DNA of 63,986 bases, filler included, from Reticulomyxa filosa (GCA_000512085.1; 17 parts of 17 records of this genome joined end to end with filler, not necessarily neighbours in it); one strand, 5' to 3'. Positions 50,014 through 63,986 are shown, counted from the whole stretch's first letter. The notes: a model not told the origin generated them from the sequence alone. A program made the numbers and translations.

Positions 50014-51107
50014 ATTGCTTTGTAATGGCGAAATATCAAACACCAAATAGTATCTTCATGTCCATTGAAAATATGTAATGATTTTGATGTTTCAACATCC
50101 CATAAACGAATAGTGTTGTCAAATGATCCAGAGCACAAATATCTACCACCATTAAATGATGAAAATTCAATTTCCAAACACCTTCTGTGTGTCCATTAAT
50201 ATTTGTAATTGATTATTATGTTTGAAATCCCAAAAACGAATGGTTTTGTCATATGATGAAGAGCAAATATATTTTGACGATTGTTATGATAATGGTATCT
50301 TGAAAATTTTACACAACACACGTAATCTGAATGTCCATTGAATGATTGAATTTGTTTGTTGCTGTCTATATTCCATACACGAACTGTTTTATCATCTGAT
50401 CCAGAACAAATGAATTGAAAATCATCAAATGTTGAATAATCAATACTATTCACAGTATTAGTGTGTCCATCGAATGTTTTGATCAATTTGGATGATACAC
50501 TGGAAGATTCATGAGTTTGTTTTTTGTCTTCTTCTTCTTTTTCTTTTTGTTTGTATTGAAGATTTAATTTTTGAAGTAATTTGGTATTTTTTTCTTCCAA
50601 TAATTTGACTATTTTTTCATGATTAGATGAAGCTTGTTGTTCTTTATCATTAAAATCTTTTTTTATTATCTCAATATCTGCTCGATACTTGAGTAATTCT
50701 TGTTGAAAATCTCTTTCCATTTGTTTGATTCTATTATCTTTCAATTGAATTTCTTGTTTCATGGATTGTAATAATTTAGTTACTAAATTAAAATGTAATT
50801 TCATTTTTGATATGAGATGATCATCTATATTTTGCCTGACGCAGGTATGATTGCAGCCAAATGGTTTGAACCAACAATCAATTAAATTTAAAGTGCATTC
50901 ATTGATTAAATGATTATTTAAATCTTTTAATTTTCCTTTGAAATCACATTTAGATATTTCTCCTTCTGTTCCAGTTTCGTGTAAAGTTTTCAGATCTTGT
51001 TCAAATTGTTTTATGCACATTACTGTTAAATCGCCAATGTATTTTCTCACTGCGTTACTTCTTGAATACTGACAATTGTCATGCAGTTGAATTGGACAAG
51101 AGTTGTT
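50014..51107 (-). CDS. TRAF-type zinc finger + coiled coil + WD40 protein (partial, frameshifted)
   Basis: CDFKGKLKDLNNHLINEC...CWFKPFGCNHTC...DDHL followed by WD40 repeats very similar to those at 11196-12162. Confidence 0.85.
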
Positions 51108-52006
51108 NNNNNNNNNNNNNNNNNNNNNNNNNNNNNNNNNNNNNNNNNNNNTTAATTAATTAANNNNNNNNNNNNNNNNNNNNNNNNNNNNNNNNNNNNN
51201 NNNNNNNTCCAGGTAATTCTGATTAAAGTAACTATTAACGAAATGTTTTGAAATAGTGTAAGCATAGTGGTAAAAAAAGCAAAGTGAAAAACATTTTACC
51301 TTTATTTATTCTAGCGAAAGGTTGAAATTATAGAAGAAGCAATAAGAAAAATGTGTTTGACAGTTTGAAATTTTTAGAAAGATTTATATTTGGCAATTGT
51401 GCATATTATAATCATTATTAAGCAATAACAATTTTTCATTGACAGAAAATTAAGTTAAAACTACTGTAGTCAATAGGCACTAGCTTTGTATAATAAAAAA
51501 TTATTAAGAATGCATAAACTTGTTATGGATTATTAACACAACAATTTTGGTGGCGTGGTGTTTGGATTTCTGCTGAAATTACATTGAAAAACTTGGACAC
51601 AAATAACAGTTAAAAAAGTGTCCAAAAACAAACATAAACGATACTTTGTCTTTGGTAATGCATGGGCATATGTATATTCAAGTTTTTTGTATGTTTGGTA
51701 CAAACAATTGTACCATTCATATTTGTCAGATTTTTTTTGTTGTATATCAACACAAAAAGTTTTTGAAAAAGGCAAATGGCTCTATATTTTCGTAATTAAG
51801 AAGAATAAAAGTGGGGAAAAAAGTCCACTGCAATGTTAATTGCGCTAAGTAATTAAGACATAAATGGTACATTGGCAGCACACAAAATAAAAACAAACAA
51901 AAAAAAAAAGAAGTGCTTTGAACATGTAGAAACAAATAGGAAATGGCGAAGGAGGAGTGAAAGAAAAAAAGTGCACGAATATCCAATTTTTTTTTTGGTA
52001 CGTTAA

Positions 52007-52756
52007 TTACTTGACGTCTTCATTGTTGATATACGAGCCTGGTTCAACTTTGATGATGTGATTCAAGGCACAATGCATAGTACTAACATTGTATCCGACG
52101 TCAGTCTTAAGTAAACCCTCATCATTAAACCTAGACATGATATAGACCGCCCGATGGGGCATGCAAACACTGCTGTGAACCAAGATATAAATGAATAAAG
52201 GGAAAAAGGTATCAGCGCCAATCATTCCACCACCACTCATCCAAGTGGAGTTCGAGTCTAATGAATACCTTTGAGCATGATGAACCAACATCGAGTTCAA
52301 ATGTTGCCAATCATTGCTTCTGTGGGTTGATGTTTGTCTTAAATGTTTCCGCTTCTTTGTGTGTTTAGAGTTGTATTTGTAATGTCGTTGAGCTGTTGTA
52401 AAAATGCATTGCACGCTATCCTTTAAGCATTCATTCCTAGAATATAAAGCAACAAGAGGAAAATAAATCGATCAGCGCACACACACATAGCACATATATG
52501 TACAAACATTTTACAAAAAACGTTAAAAAAAAAAAAATTTCTTTTTTTTTTTTTTAACAAGTCAAATGGAGTCGTCAATTTATCCAAATATGAAAGTATT
52601 TCCAGAGCGTTATTGTATAAGTTATTAAATTTTTTAATCTTTTCGGAGGGACTACTGGTCGTGTTTATTCTCTCCATCCGATTTTCAAACCTTCGGACAT
52701 CTTCACGACCATCTGCTTTCTCTAATATGCAATATACACATATAAATATACATGTG

Positions 52757-52794
<38 letters not shown>

Positions 52795-53314
52795 CATATA
52801 TACATGTATATGTATAAATGTGTGCACATAGTATGAAATACAATAAAAAATACCTTGAGCATGTGGTGTAGTCAAGGAATGATTTCCACTGGCACGATGG
52901 ATGTGATCACACCAATAATTATCGTCGATTCCCATCATTTGTGGCGTCAGCGTTTTCATCCACGAGCACTGATAACAAAAGTATTGATCAAGGAGAGCAA
53001 ACTCATCCAAAGTGTTTCTTGGAAGTTCTTCAGTCCGAAACTTGGGCAGTTTGGGTCGTGTGGGTGTTCTGTGGCTTTGTAATTCACTGATTTGACTATT
53101 CTCTTCTTCTTCTTCTTTGTCCTCCTTTGCGTTGTCTATCACAAGTTCACATGTGGTTTCTCTCTTCGGACTTTCCTTTTCATCGTCATCATACTTGCCG
53201 TCATTCTCATTATCATTCCCATTACTATTGTCATTTTCATTATTACTTTGATTTTTGTGTTTATCATTATCATCTCCATTATTATTCTTCTTCTTCTTTG
53301 CCTCCTTTTCATCT

Positions 53315-53349
<35 letters not shown>

Positions 53350-54284
53350 ATCATCATTATCGTCATCATCATCATTATCATCATCATCATCATTGTCATC
53401 ATTGTCATCATTGTTATCACCATTGGCAACATGAGTGGGGCCATTTGTATTGACAACAGCTGAGATATTGGAAGTGTGACTTTTGAAAAGCGCAGACTCG
53501 TGAGGATTGGCGTTGCATTCGTCAAGACTTGGGACGACGGACTTTGGAAAGGAAAAGGCCTTTCGTGGCGACAAGCCCGGATTGTGTTGCACTTCGTCAA
53601 AGGCACGCTTGAGCGCATATTTGGGAGGGAGGATTTGCAACACATAGAACTGGTTGTAAATGCAGTTTTGCAAGAGCACATCCAGCGTAGCTCGCAGTGC
53701 GATCGTATTGACCGTGTCCATTGTTGGACTTCGAGCGCGACTAAATAAAGGATTGTGCGAGCAAACAATTTGATTCAAAATGTGATATTTGTTGTTGTTG
53801 TTGGTGGCAATGTCCACCAGTATATAATAATACTCGCGAGTAAAGTTAAGAACGAACGATTTTATATGATTCAACAGAGTCTCCACTTTCAATTGATGAG
53901 GGTCGCGTGTTTTCAGTACTTTGAAATACTCTTGCAATGCCTCACCAAACTATTGTGTCTCAACACAAAGACAATACATAATATGTATAATGTATTGGTT
54001 AAAGTTTTTTTTTTTTTTCCCCTATCTATCTTCTTTCCTTCTCCAATACTCACTTTGTGACGACAATCCAGAGCCAAAGAGTCAAACTTGCTTTGGATAC
54101 CTTGCAACAGCGGATGACACAATGGATAACACCAAGACAATTCATTTCGAAATCCTCGCTCATGACTCGGGCCATTTTCATTTACACTCATATATAGCGT
54201 CTGACTTTCATTGCCATTGCAGTTTGTGTTGCCATGGCCATTTGCATTCTTATTTTCACTTTTATTGTCATTGTCATTGTCATT
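52007..54284 (-). CDS. VPS9-domain (Rab5 GEF) protein, multi-exon, 5' partial
   Basis: C-terminal GADTFFPLFIYILVHS...DVGYNVSTMHCALNHI VPS9 signature; upstream LDKLTTPFDLL helix. Confidence 0.85.
53314..53415 (-). repeat. Coding trinucleotide repeat (poly-Asp/Asn)
   Basis: (TCA/TCG)n run within the VPS9 gene. Confidence 0.85.
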
Positions 54285-55484
54285 NNNNNNNNNNNNNNNN
54301 NNNNNNNNNNNNNNNNNNNNNNNNNNNNTTAATTAATTAANNNNNNNNNNNNNNNNNNNNNNNNNNNNNNNNNNNNNNNNNNNNTTTTTTCTTTTTAATT
54401 TTTTTCCCATTGTCATTTTTATTTTTTTTTCTTTTTTCCATTTTCTTATTTTCATTTTTTTATTTTTCATTTTCTTAAATAAAATTTTCACCCCCTTTTT
54501 TTCACTTCCCTTTTCTTTTCCCCACCTTTTCTTTTCCCCCTTTTCTTTTCCTCCAAGTTTTCCCTCTCAACCTCTTAAACAAAAATAAAAATAAAAAATA
54601 AAAAACAATAAACTTCCCAATCCTCATTGACTCTTGCAATCCTATAGACATAGTCACAAATTAAATAATTTTTCATTTTTAAAGAAAAAAAAAAAAACAA
54701 TATACTTTGCTGTTGAGCTAAAAGCTCCAATTCCAATCAACCTATAATTTTTTTTTCTTGCACGGGGAAGGGGGACCAAACAATTTTTTTTTGAAGGGTG
54801 CATGCCTATTGACAAACAGACAAACATTTGATTAAAAAAAACATAAAAAAAAATAAATACTAACTCTTTTATTTTTTTTTCAATGCGGTATGGCTTCAAC
54901 CCCTAAGTTTTTCTTTGGAGGGAGTACGTATATTTTTTTTTAATGGACGGGTTGAGGCTATTATTAAAAAAAAACAAAGTTAATATGTCAAAAAAAAAAA
55001 AATATTTATATAAATAATATAACAAACCTTTTCTGCTCCTTGCGGAGACGGGGGGCCTTACCCCACATACAATTTTTTTTTCTTTTGCTGAAGGATGCAA
55101 AGCATCCATTAAAAAATCATTCATTTTTTTTTCAAAGTGGGAAGCTGTTCAAAAGAAAAACAAATCACTTTTTTAAGCTGAAAAGTTAGAACAAAATCAT
55201 AAAGACATACCAGTGGTGGAGAGGGTGTTATCACCCTAATTTCGAGCTGGTACACAAACAACAAAAAAAAAGAAAAAAAAACCCTTTTTTTCAGTAAGAC
55301 ATTAGCACAACTCACAAAAGTTTATTCCAAAATTGCAATTTTTTGAACATTTTGACATTTTTGACAAACAACTTGGAAAAAAGANNNNNNNNNNNNNNNN
55401 NNNNNNNNNNNNNNNNNNNNNNNNNNNNTTAATTAATTAANNNNNNNNNNNNNNNNNNNNNNNNNNNNNNNNNNNNNNNNNNNN

Positions 55485-56368
55485 ACCAACATCAACATCA
55501 ACACCAACACCAACAACTTCAACATCCACACCAACATCAATCTCATCAACACCAACATCAGCCACATCAACATCAACAACACCATCAACATCCACATGCA
55601 CATGCACATCCATACCAACACCAGTATCAGTCACACCAACAACAACATCCACATTCACATCAGCATCCCATTTCACTTCCGATTCAACACTCGCTTTCGC
55701 ATCAGCATTCAATGCCACCACTGCCTGTCGGAACCATTTTGTCCTCGATGACAAAAAGGAACCTTATCCAAATGACGGAGCCAAAAACTGTTAATGCATC
55801 CATGATGGATCCTTCTTTGGCTATGCGCGAAAAACTTGGCATGAATGCTCCATCATTTCCAACACTGGTCAGTTTGCACCCATTTTTAACAATTTTTGTA
55901 TTTCTCATTTTGTTGCTATTCCTTTTGTCCATTTACTTATTATTTGTTTCTTAGATGCTGAAGGACACAAGCAAGGATAGTTCGACTCATCGCAAAAAAA
56001 GTCGAAGTCGTAGTGGGGATGAAGATAGTAGTAATAATGATAGCTCTGGGGAGGATGAAGAGGAAGATGAAGACAAAGGCAAATATGATTTTGAAGATGA
56101 AAACAATGGAGAGTCATCAGAGGACATGAGGTCAAACCACTCACCGTCCTCGTCACCATCATCAAGACCACGAGAGCACAATAAAAAAGGAACTCGAAGT
56201 AGAAAAAGTCGAGATAAGGATAGAGAAAAAACCAGAAGTGGAAACAGAACTAGGGTTAGAGACAGAGATAGAGATAGAGGCAGGGATAGAGGAGATAGGG
56301 ACAGACACGGGAAGAGTAAAGAAAATTGGGCCTCCAGGTCACGCTCGAGGCATAAAAGATTGAAATAG
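55485..56368 (+). CDS. C-terminal part of a Thr/Pro-rich, acidic and RS/RD-rich protein (possible splicing-related factor), 5' partial
   Basis: ACATCA-type repeats, an intron at ~55868-55954, then a last exon with RDRDRDRGRDR and SRSRSR. Confidence 0.5.
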
Positions 56369-57436
56369 TGTTCTCAATTGTAGCTGACAAAACTAGAATT
56401 GTTCTTTGTTTTTTTTAATCATTATTATTTTGTTTCTTTATTTTTATTTTCCCCCTCATTTTTTTTTATTTTGCTTTGACATTATTCTTGTTTCACCATT
56501 TTTGTTTATTCAAACAGATTTGGCCTTTCTCTCGACTGAAATGACGGAAGGTGGGAGGACTGCCTAAGACTTTTTGTTTTTGTTTGTTCCGTTTTTCTTC
56601 CCTTGTTTTTGGTTTTTTGGTTTTTGGATGACTCTCAATAAAATTGATAATGAATGAAACAGAGTGCTAGACCTTGCAGCGGTCTTGGTGTGGTGTAAAA
56701 GAAAAATTTAAAAAAACGAGGTTACAATTTTTTTTCTAAAAAGACAACACGCGAACCAAAGTTTTTGTGTATGACCTTTGGTCTGGGAGAAACGTGTTGG
56801 TGGGTTCCGGTTGTAGAAAGAAAGAGAAATTGTGTGTGGAGAAATATTTTTTTACGTTTTTTTGTTTGGTTTATTTAAGGCTAACATACATACGTTTACA
56901 GTTTGAGCAACCAAAAAGCTGCAATGGTTATTCACAAAATAAAAATACTTTTCTTCAAAGAGACAGTCATCCAAAACAAAAAACGCATAATGAGTATAAG
57001 AAGCAAAAAAAGGCAAATATCATGTCCACATTGTTCACAAATCAAAGTTAAAAAAAAATGCATACAAATAAAAATGTATGATTGGTATTATTCGGAATGT
57101 GCTAATAACACTTTACCAAATGCAAAAAAAAAAAGTTTCCATACACAAAAATACACACTCTTCGTTGTGGTTGTCCTCGTTTATCTTTTATCATTGAAAG
57201 TAAAAAAACAGTTTCAAAGGCAGGATAAAAAACACACAACGCAAACATTTTACTAAACCACTTGTAAAACCACTTCGAAGGGCGCGAAAAAGGAAAAAAA
57301 AACACAAAACATACAACTATTGTCTTTTTCACAAACGAAGTGAAGGCAAATAAAATTGGTACTATTATTAGAAACAAAAACAAAAAAACAAAAAACACAA
57401 AATATATTGAGAACGGCTCAAAAACCTGAACTTTTA

Positions 57437-59676
57437 TTACTGTTTAGAAGCACTATCTGCCGGTTTTGTAGCTGTCCTTATTGCATTCCTGAGCAACAAC
57501 AAAAAAGTTTGTCAAAATGAATAAGAAGAATGTAGTAAGCTAAAAGAAAAGACATTGAATTATACCTGCTATCTCTCTTTTGTTTTGCTTTTTTCATTTG
57601 ATGTTTGGGAAAATTGATTAATTCTTCATACATCATATGCCGCACTCCAAACAAGGTGTTAATTTGTCTTTCAAATTCGAAGGACAAATCAAACACTTGA
57701 ACAGGTCGATTTGCATCTTTTTCACGATACATCAATTTTAGCCACGGATGTCTCATGGCAGTTCCAGCATCAGGTCGTTTCTTTGGATCCAATTCTAGCA
57801 ATTGGTCCAGCAAATCTGCTGCGTCAACACCAATTCCAGGCAACAATTTTAACAAATCTTGTTTTGGTTTTCGCTCCATGCCTTCGACCCATTTCTTTGC
57901 ATCTGTTGTTTTGATCCACTCAATGTCGTCTGGCACTCCACGATAATGGAATATCAAATTGAGTTGGTCAATGTGATTGGACCCACGAAACAAAGGTTGA
58001 TTATAGTACAATTCTGCCAAGATACACCCAACACTCCACAAGTCTACTTTTTCATCGTATTGCCGAGACGAGCACATAACTTCCGGAGCGCGATACCTTT
58101 AACATGTGAAGGGTGTAATAAAGGATATTGTCAAGAAAAAAAAACGCACTTCCACAACAACAACAAAAAAAAAAAAAGGGTACAATATGTCAATACCAGC
58201 GAGTGACCACATATTCGGTCAATTTAGCGTCAACATTGGCCTCTTTGCTAACCCCACGAGCCAGACCAAAATCAGTGATTTTCAACCGACAATCACTACC
58301 ATTGACCAAAATGTTGTCCGGCTTCAGATCTCTGTGCCACACTCCAGCGTCATGCATATATTTCAATCCTCGCAACAGTTGGTAGATAAAGTACTGCTTG
58401 TGCTTTTCACTCAATTGTTGCTTGCTTCGAATCAGCCTCGCCAACGTGGTTTCCATGCGTGGCATTACCAAATACACTTCATCAAAGTCGTCTTGCTCAC
58501 ACGATTCTGGTGGAATCACTCCAATCAATGATATTATCTGTCCCAAAACAAAAATAGGAGGAAGGGGAACAATGGAAGGAAAATATTCGTTCATGTTGTA
58601 GTGTCCCAAAAGGGAGGGGGGGGGACAACAAAAAAAAAAGGTAACACGGAAAAAACGCAAGTGCGTACACAGTGAAAATACACACAAAACATTTTCATGA
58701 TCAAAATGCAATAACAACTTGATTTCTCTCAAAATCCTCTTGGCATCGGACAACGCACCAAACACACCTTTATTTTTTTTTATTGCCACTTTGTGACCGG
58801 TCCGTGTGTCCAGTGCTTCGCTAAACAAAGTATTTTTTTGTTCAAACAAAACAAAAAAAAAACGAATCATTAATTTTTTCCTTTCCTTCCCGAGTCCCCT
58901 CTCCCCCTTTTTTTTTTAAAAAAAAAAAAAATTGGAGAAAAAAAGAAAACAAATTAATTTAAAAAAAAAAAAAAATACACGCATTTCTAACATGACAACG
59001 GCATAAGCACCTTGACCAATTTTTTTGAGAGGCTTGAAATAGTCATAAATGACAAACTTTTCCCCGTTCAAACGATAAGCAATTTTTTTCTTATCTTGAC
59101 CTTTTTTTTTCTGACGTTTGTGATTGTAACTTTATCTTTGACGACACGTGCTATGCATATGTTTGCGTGTGTATGTATATGTGTTTATCATGCAGCCAAT
59201 AAAGGGTCTTGCATGTGTATAACATGTCCAACTAAAGCTGTTGCTGTGGACAACAAAAAAAGAGGAGGGTATGTGTATAGCAAGTAGCGGAGTTAGATTC
59301 CGATGTCAATTGTATGTGATTGCGTATACATATACATATATATATATTTATTTGTTTATTTGTGTATATTTGCATTTCTTTTTTTTAATTAACAAAAAAA
59401 AAAAAAAACCTGAACAGACTCGGACGCAGTTCGGAAAAGGGTGTGTTCATGTCCATCTTGTTGTGATTGGAATGAAGCTTGATACTGATGGGTATATGTG
59501 ATTTGACTATAAAACTCTGGGTTTTGACCAGACGAATGCTCTTTTTTTTTGTAACCTTTGTCCAAAGTCTTTTCTTTTTTCTTCTCTTTGCCATCACTAT
59601 TGTTATCATCTTCATCGTTGTCATTACTATTATCAGTGCTATTGTTATTATTATGGTTGTTGTTATTATTATTATT
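57437..59676 (-). CDS. Mitogen-activated protein kinase (TEY activation loop), multi-exon
   Basis: [52 protein letters not shown] and [12 protein letters not shown]. The 5' extent beyond ~59150 is uncertain. Confidence 0.93.
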
Positions 59677-59776
59677 NNNNNNNNNNNNNNNNNNNNNNNN
59701 NNNNNNNNNNNNNNNNNNNNTTAATTAATTAANNNNNNNNNNNNNNNNNNNNNNNNNNNNNNNNNNNNNNNNNNNN

Positions 59777-60579
59777 AAAAAAAAAAAAAAAAAAGGGGAA
59801 GAAAGAAGGGAACGTCTGAAAAGCAACAGTGGTGCATTAGTAATAATGTTGTTTTGGGACACAGTGGTGCTGCAATTTGGCAGAAACAAGCAAAACTTGC
59901 TGTGATCAATTACCAATAAAATTTGCATGTGGATGTGTTGGTTGGGTGTCGACATTTAGCGCGATTGTGGCAATGTTTATGACACAAGTTGTGCTTCAAG
60001 GCTTTTATAGCTTTTGTTCACGTCGAAATGCTTGGTGGGTTGCCTTAATGTCCATTCCGACATTGTTCCTTCGCTTACTCTTGTTCGTTATCATGTTTTA
60101 TATCTTGTGGGGATTCATGTTTTCATTCATCTTTTTCTGGGTCGCTATGTTCTATTGTGACAATCCTTACGTGTTAAGTAACCGTAAACATACTCCTGTC
60201 GTTGTGTTCTGTGTATACCACTTATACATACACATATTTTTGTTTATATATATACATTTGTATATATTAGTGTGCATGTATAACTATATATTGCATATGC
60301 CATACACAACGTATGTTTTGAACATCGGATCACACTTAAAGGATTAATTGGTACAAGTTTGGAGCATACTATATGTATTACTTTTTCATTCACATTGAGA
60401 GAGTCTTTCGCTTAGGATTCACCAAATGGAATGGACATATGGATATGGACGCACTGGTTGGTGCGCACACTGTTTATGCTTTCTCAGTAGACGTTGTGTT
60501 TGGGGTTGGATATGCCCTTTTAAATACGCAACAAGATGGCTCTGGAAAATATCTTGATCTTACCTTCTTTGATCTTTGA
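59777..60579 (+). CDS. Multi-pass membrane protein fragment of unknown function
   Basis: Hydrophobic ORF 59877-60347 plus a downstream exon ending at 60579. Confidence 0.5.
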
Positions 60580-60775
60580 AAAAGCGTCCAATTGTGCAGT
60601 TGTTATTTTTTTTGTGTGTCACATACTTTGAACTCCTACTATTTTCAATATCTTGGATTCATTAAGAAAGGTCCTGCGTTTAGTGTAAGGGAAAGGGGTT
60701 CCAACACTTTTGTTCGAAAAAAAAAAACTCTCATCCATTCCTGGCAAAAATAACATAATTCTGATAATATATTGA

Positions 60776-61640
60776 ATGGATACTTCTCCTTGGGGAAAAG
60801 GCAATATTCGCCCCAAAGCAATAGGATCTGTTGATCCAGCAAAAAAAAAACGGGTTACGTTAGTCCCGACCACCAATAAGTCTAAACCTCGAGTGGAACT
60901 CAGTCACTCGAAAAGCAGTAATACAAAGCATGTCATTCTAGACTCGGGAGTATTTATAACAGGACTAAACATAGCAAACTATTTCACATCGGACACAAAG
61001 TACTATGTAATCAAGGGTGTCGTCGATGAACTTCGTGATGTCCAAGCAAGAGCTTTTTATGCAAATTTTCCACACAAAATAACGGAAAGAATTCCATCTA
61101 TTGTGTCACGAAATTTCGGTAAAGCAATGTTTTTCTTTCAAAAAATAAAATAAAAACAAAAATAATACAAAATCTCATTCCTTGGTTAAAAAGACACCAA
61201 ATCATCAAATTTATACACAAAAAAAAAAAAAAGTGAAACAATGGATTCAAAGAGTACCGGAATATCGGCAATTGTCGGTGACAGACAGAGATGTGATAGC
61301 CTTAGCATTGGATATCGAGGAGGAGATGCATGGGGAAGAGAACGTCAACAAATTGCCAACGAAGCAACTGTGCAAATTGAAGACATTGGCGCAATTGGCA
61401 TTGGAAAACAAAGTCAAGTATGCAGGAGCACAGCCGAATAAAGAAAAAGGAGAGGAAGACGCAGGCGATGACAAGTTGTCTGACCATTACAAACTGGATG
61501 AGTCGCTTATCATGACCCGTCGGGATAAAATCACCGAGCCTTTACAAGACACTGGTTTTCGTGTTGCAAAAACTAAAACCATTATTCCATTTGTTTTGGA
61601 TGATTTCCTTTTATTGGTTCAAGAGCAATGTTATTATTAA
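60776..61640 (+). CDS. NOB1: NOB1 PIN-domain 20S pre-rRNA endonuclease, N-terminal part (3' partial)
   Basis: HVILDSGVFI...VVDELRDVQAR...LSVTDRDVIALALDIE is the NOB1 PIN signature. Confidence 0.85.
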
Positions 61641-62014
61641 TTTTTTTTTTTTTTTTGAAGGGGGGGGGGGGGGGGGGGGGGNNNNNNNNNNNNNNNNNNN
61701 NNNNNNNNNNNNNNNNNNNNNNNNNTTAATTAATTAANNNNNNNNNNNNNNNNNNNNNNNNNNNNNNNNNNNNNNNNNNNNTCACCATTTTACCTAATAT
61801 TTTTTTTGTTGTAGTTTAAGACACTCAATTAACTTTTCAAACAAAAAAACAAAAAGAGCACTTGTTGTGCAACCAAAATCTCAGCGGATTGGTATGTCTT
61901 GCATTTTTTTTGTTTGCGAGCATCGCAATGTAATTTAAAAGTAACACTTGTAGAGCTGTGTTTTGAGCAATAATAATTATTTTTATTCCTTCTGTTATTG
62001 TGTCTTTTAGCAAC

Positions 62015-62786
62015 TTACCTTCTCATTTTTTGAAACTTTTCGACAAATGTAATATTAATTGTTGAAAGTTGTGTATCAAAATCCACTGAGATGTTCAAAA
62101 TTTTTTGGCAAAGAAGTGTGGTACCAGTTCCAAACGTGTTTTGTTGTAACAGTTCCCAAAAAAGTTTTTTTGTAATAGGTGCTTGTGTTTCAGACAAGTA
62201 TTGCAAAAAAAAAAACAATGATAAAAGTGAAGCTAATATGTCGGAGAACGAGAGAATGAAAGTAAAATCGGTATGCATACGACTTATTGTACTTGACATG
62301 AAAGTGAATGGATGCTTACAATTTGGATGAGTCACAAGGTTCAAGTGGGAAGAGCTCGAAGCTGAAAAAAATGAAAGTAATACCAGTCCAAAGGAATCCA
62401 AGAATGCCTTTTTCGATAGGGACAAAATGTATTGCGTCACGATCAAATAAGCAAACATACAGAGAGACAGAATTGAATTCCATCAAAATAACAAAAAAAT
62501 GAAGAGAAAAGAAAAAATAGAAATAGAAGCGACCTCCAGCAATGACATCTGAGTAATGATGCCAATATTGAATAAGACGAGTGATGGCGACATAAGTGGA
62601 CAATACAAAAGGGAGAACGACAATGCAAAGAGGAAGAACGGTAGAAGGAAAAACGCTTTCGAACAGTCTACCTAGAAATAATCCGTGTACATTGCTGCAA
62701 CTCCAATCTATTTTCGTTGATTCACTATTCGATGAGGTGTCTATTTGGACAATTCTTTTTGTGCGTGTGTGTATAATATTGTTCAT
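62015..62786 (-). CDS. PAP2-family lipid phosphate phosphatase, C-terminal part (partial)
   Basis: YVAITRLIQYWHHYSDVIAGG (SRxxxxxHxxxDVxxG) flanked by transmembrane segments. Confidence 0.8.
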
Positions 62787-62941
62787 GACATTTGTATATT
62801 TGATGTAAATATATATATGTGTGTGTGTGTGTGTAGAAAGGNNNNNNNNNNNNNNNNNNNNNNNNNNNNNNNNNNNNNNNNNNNNTTAATTAATTAANNN
62901 NNNNNNNNNNNNNNNNNNNNNNNNNNNNNNNNNNNNNNNNN

Positions 62942-63986
62942 AATAATGCCTTTGACGATGGAAAAATTCAAATTTGTGATAAATGGCACATACACTTGCA
63001 ATGTCTTCCAATATTTGATCAATAGACTTCATATATATTTTTATAATAAATATTATTCTACAGATCCAACTCAATTCATAATGAAATTGAAAGAAGAACA
63101 ATCAGACAATGTTTTTAAAAGTTGATTAACAGATTGTCCGATAAAAATGAAGATAAATTTGCCCATGGCAGATGTGCGGAATTGCTAAGTGAACTTTCAA
63201 TAAAATGAAATGAAAAACAATTAAACGACGCTTTTAATTCTTTAATGGATAGGTTAAGTGATGGAAATGAAAATGAGTTAGTACGTACAGAATATGCACG
63301 TTCACTTGGAACAATTACAGTGAAACTGGATGGAAAACAATTCGATGATACTTTTTAATCATTTGATGGATGGATTTCAAAATGAAAAGGAGTATATTTA
63401 CGAACATTTACCACATTTACTTGAAACAATTGCGATGAAATTAAGTGAATAAACAAGACGATACTATCTTCAAGTATTTGATCAATGGACTCAAAAATAA
63501 CAATAGATATATTCGTTATTTCTGTGTAAAATCTATTAGATATCTCATAACAAAATTAAATGAAAGACATTTGAGTGATGATGAATGGATTAAAAGATGA
63601 GATATTTCAGTGAAATTGAATGAGACGCAATCGGAGGAGATTTTCAACGCCTTCATAAAATTCTTGAACACCAATCACTTGAAAAAATATCTGTTGTTTG
63701 GGAATATGAAAAAAGAAATAGAATTATTTGCATTTGGTTTGGTGACATATAACGCACAGATTGGACGTCATAGAGAGTGCTTCCATTTTTCGAACTCCTT
63801 TTGAAAATCTCATGGAATTGATTATGAAACACAAAAATGACAAGAATAGTAAGAATATCTGCAAATAGATATTAAAATAATCCAATGAAGAGAATTGAAT
63901 ATGCAATGGACTATGTGAAAGACAAATTGGTTGATGAAAATAGTATTATCAAATCCATTGATGGAGAGAGTTATGAAACATTATTG
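62942..63986 (+). pseudogene. Degenerate HEAT-repeat gene
   Basis: Repeats such as VRTEYARSLGTITVKLDGKQFDD and LINGLKNNNRYIRYFCVKSI, broken by many stops and frameshifts. Confidence 0.75.

Noticed and set aside
53092-53768. Overlapping poly-Ile/His/Met ORFs in alternative frames
   Set aside because: Shadow frames of the poly-Asp repeat in the VPS9 gene; the same applies to 165-513 and 55433-55754.
54385-55384. Short ORFs on a 1-kb contig
   Set aside because: Homopolymer-rich, low-quality-looking sequence with no recognisable coding signal.
1993-62941. Regularly recurring TTAATTAATTAA palindrome flanked by Ns
   Set aside because: Artificial contig-joining linker, not biology. ORFs ending in XXX-LIN are artefacts of it.

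Overview
This is not a prokaryotic locus. It is 17 short, AT-rich, intron-containing eukaryotic contigs joined by artificial 100-nt linkers (44 N + TTAATTAATTAA + 44 N), so gene neighbourhood only means something inside a contig. The expanded WD40, TRAF-WD40 and HEAT-repeat families and the poly(A/T)-rich introns suggest a rhizarian/foraminiferan protist such as Reticulomyxa; this is inferred, not verified. Recognisable genes: U-box+SAM, ricin-B lectin, ankyrin proteins, WD40s, S1-domain (TTC14-like), M20 peptidase, acid-ceramidase-like Ntn hydrolase, CtIP/Sae2, DUF218, Pth, CCCH/RRM-PARP, RSL1D1, GT11-like fucosyltransferase, Nup155, TOP3B, SDR, EF-hand, MAPEG, VPS9, TEY-MAPK, NOB1 and PAP2. 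Two things stand out. (1) Three diverged copies of a ~300-315 nt tRNA-like element in which the tRNA 5' half (A box, D arm) and 3' half (T arm, B box) bracket a ~240 nt highly structured insert. The insert has a cUUCGg hairpin and a GNRA-capped long hairpin, and the copies show compensatory base changes. This looks like an undescribed Pol III ncRNA or SINE-like family. (2) Two paralogues of a CUE-like + Zn-finger + RelA/SpoT-like nucleotidyltransferase protein, a candidate eukaryotic alarmone/nucleotide-signalling or defence system. Gene coordinates are spans that include introns; exon boundaries were read by eye and are approximate.
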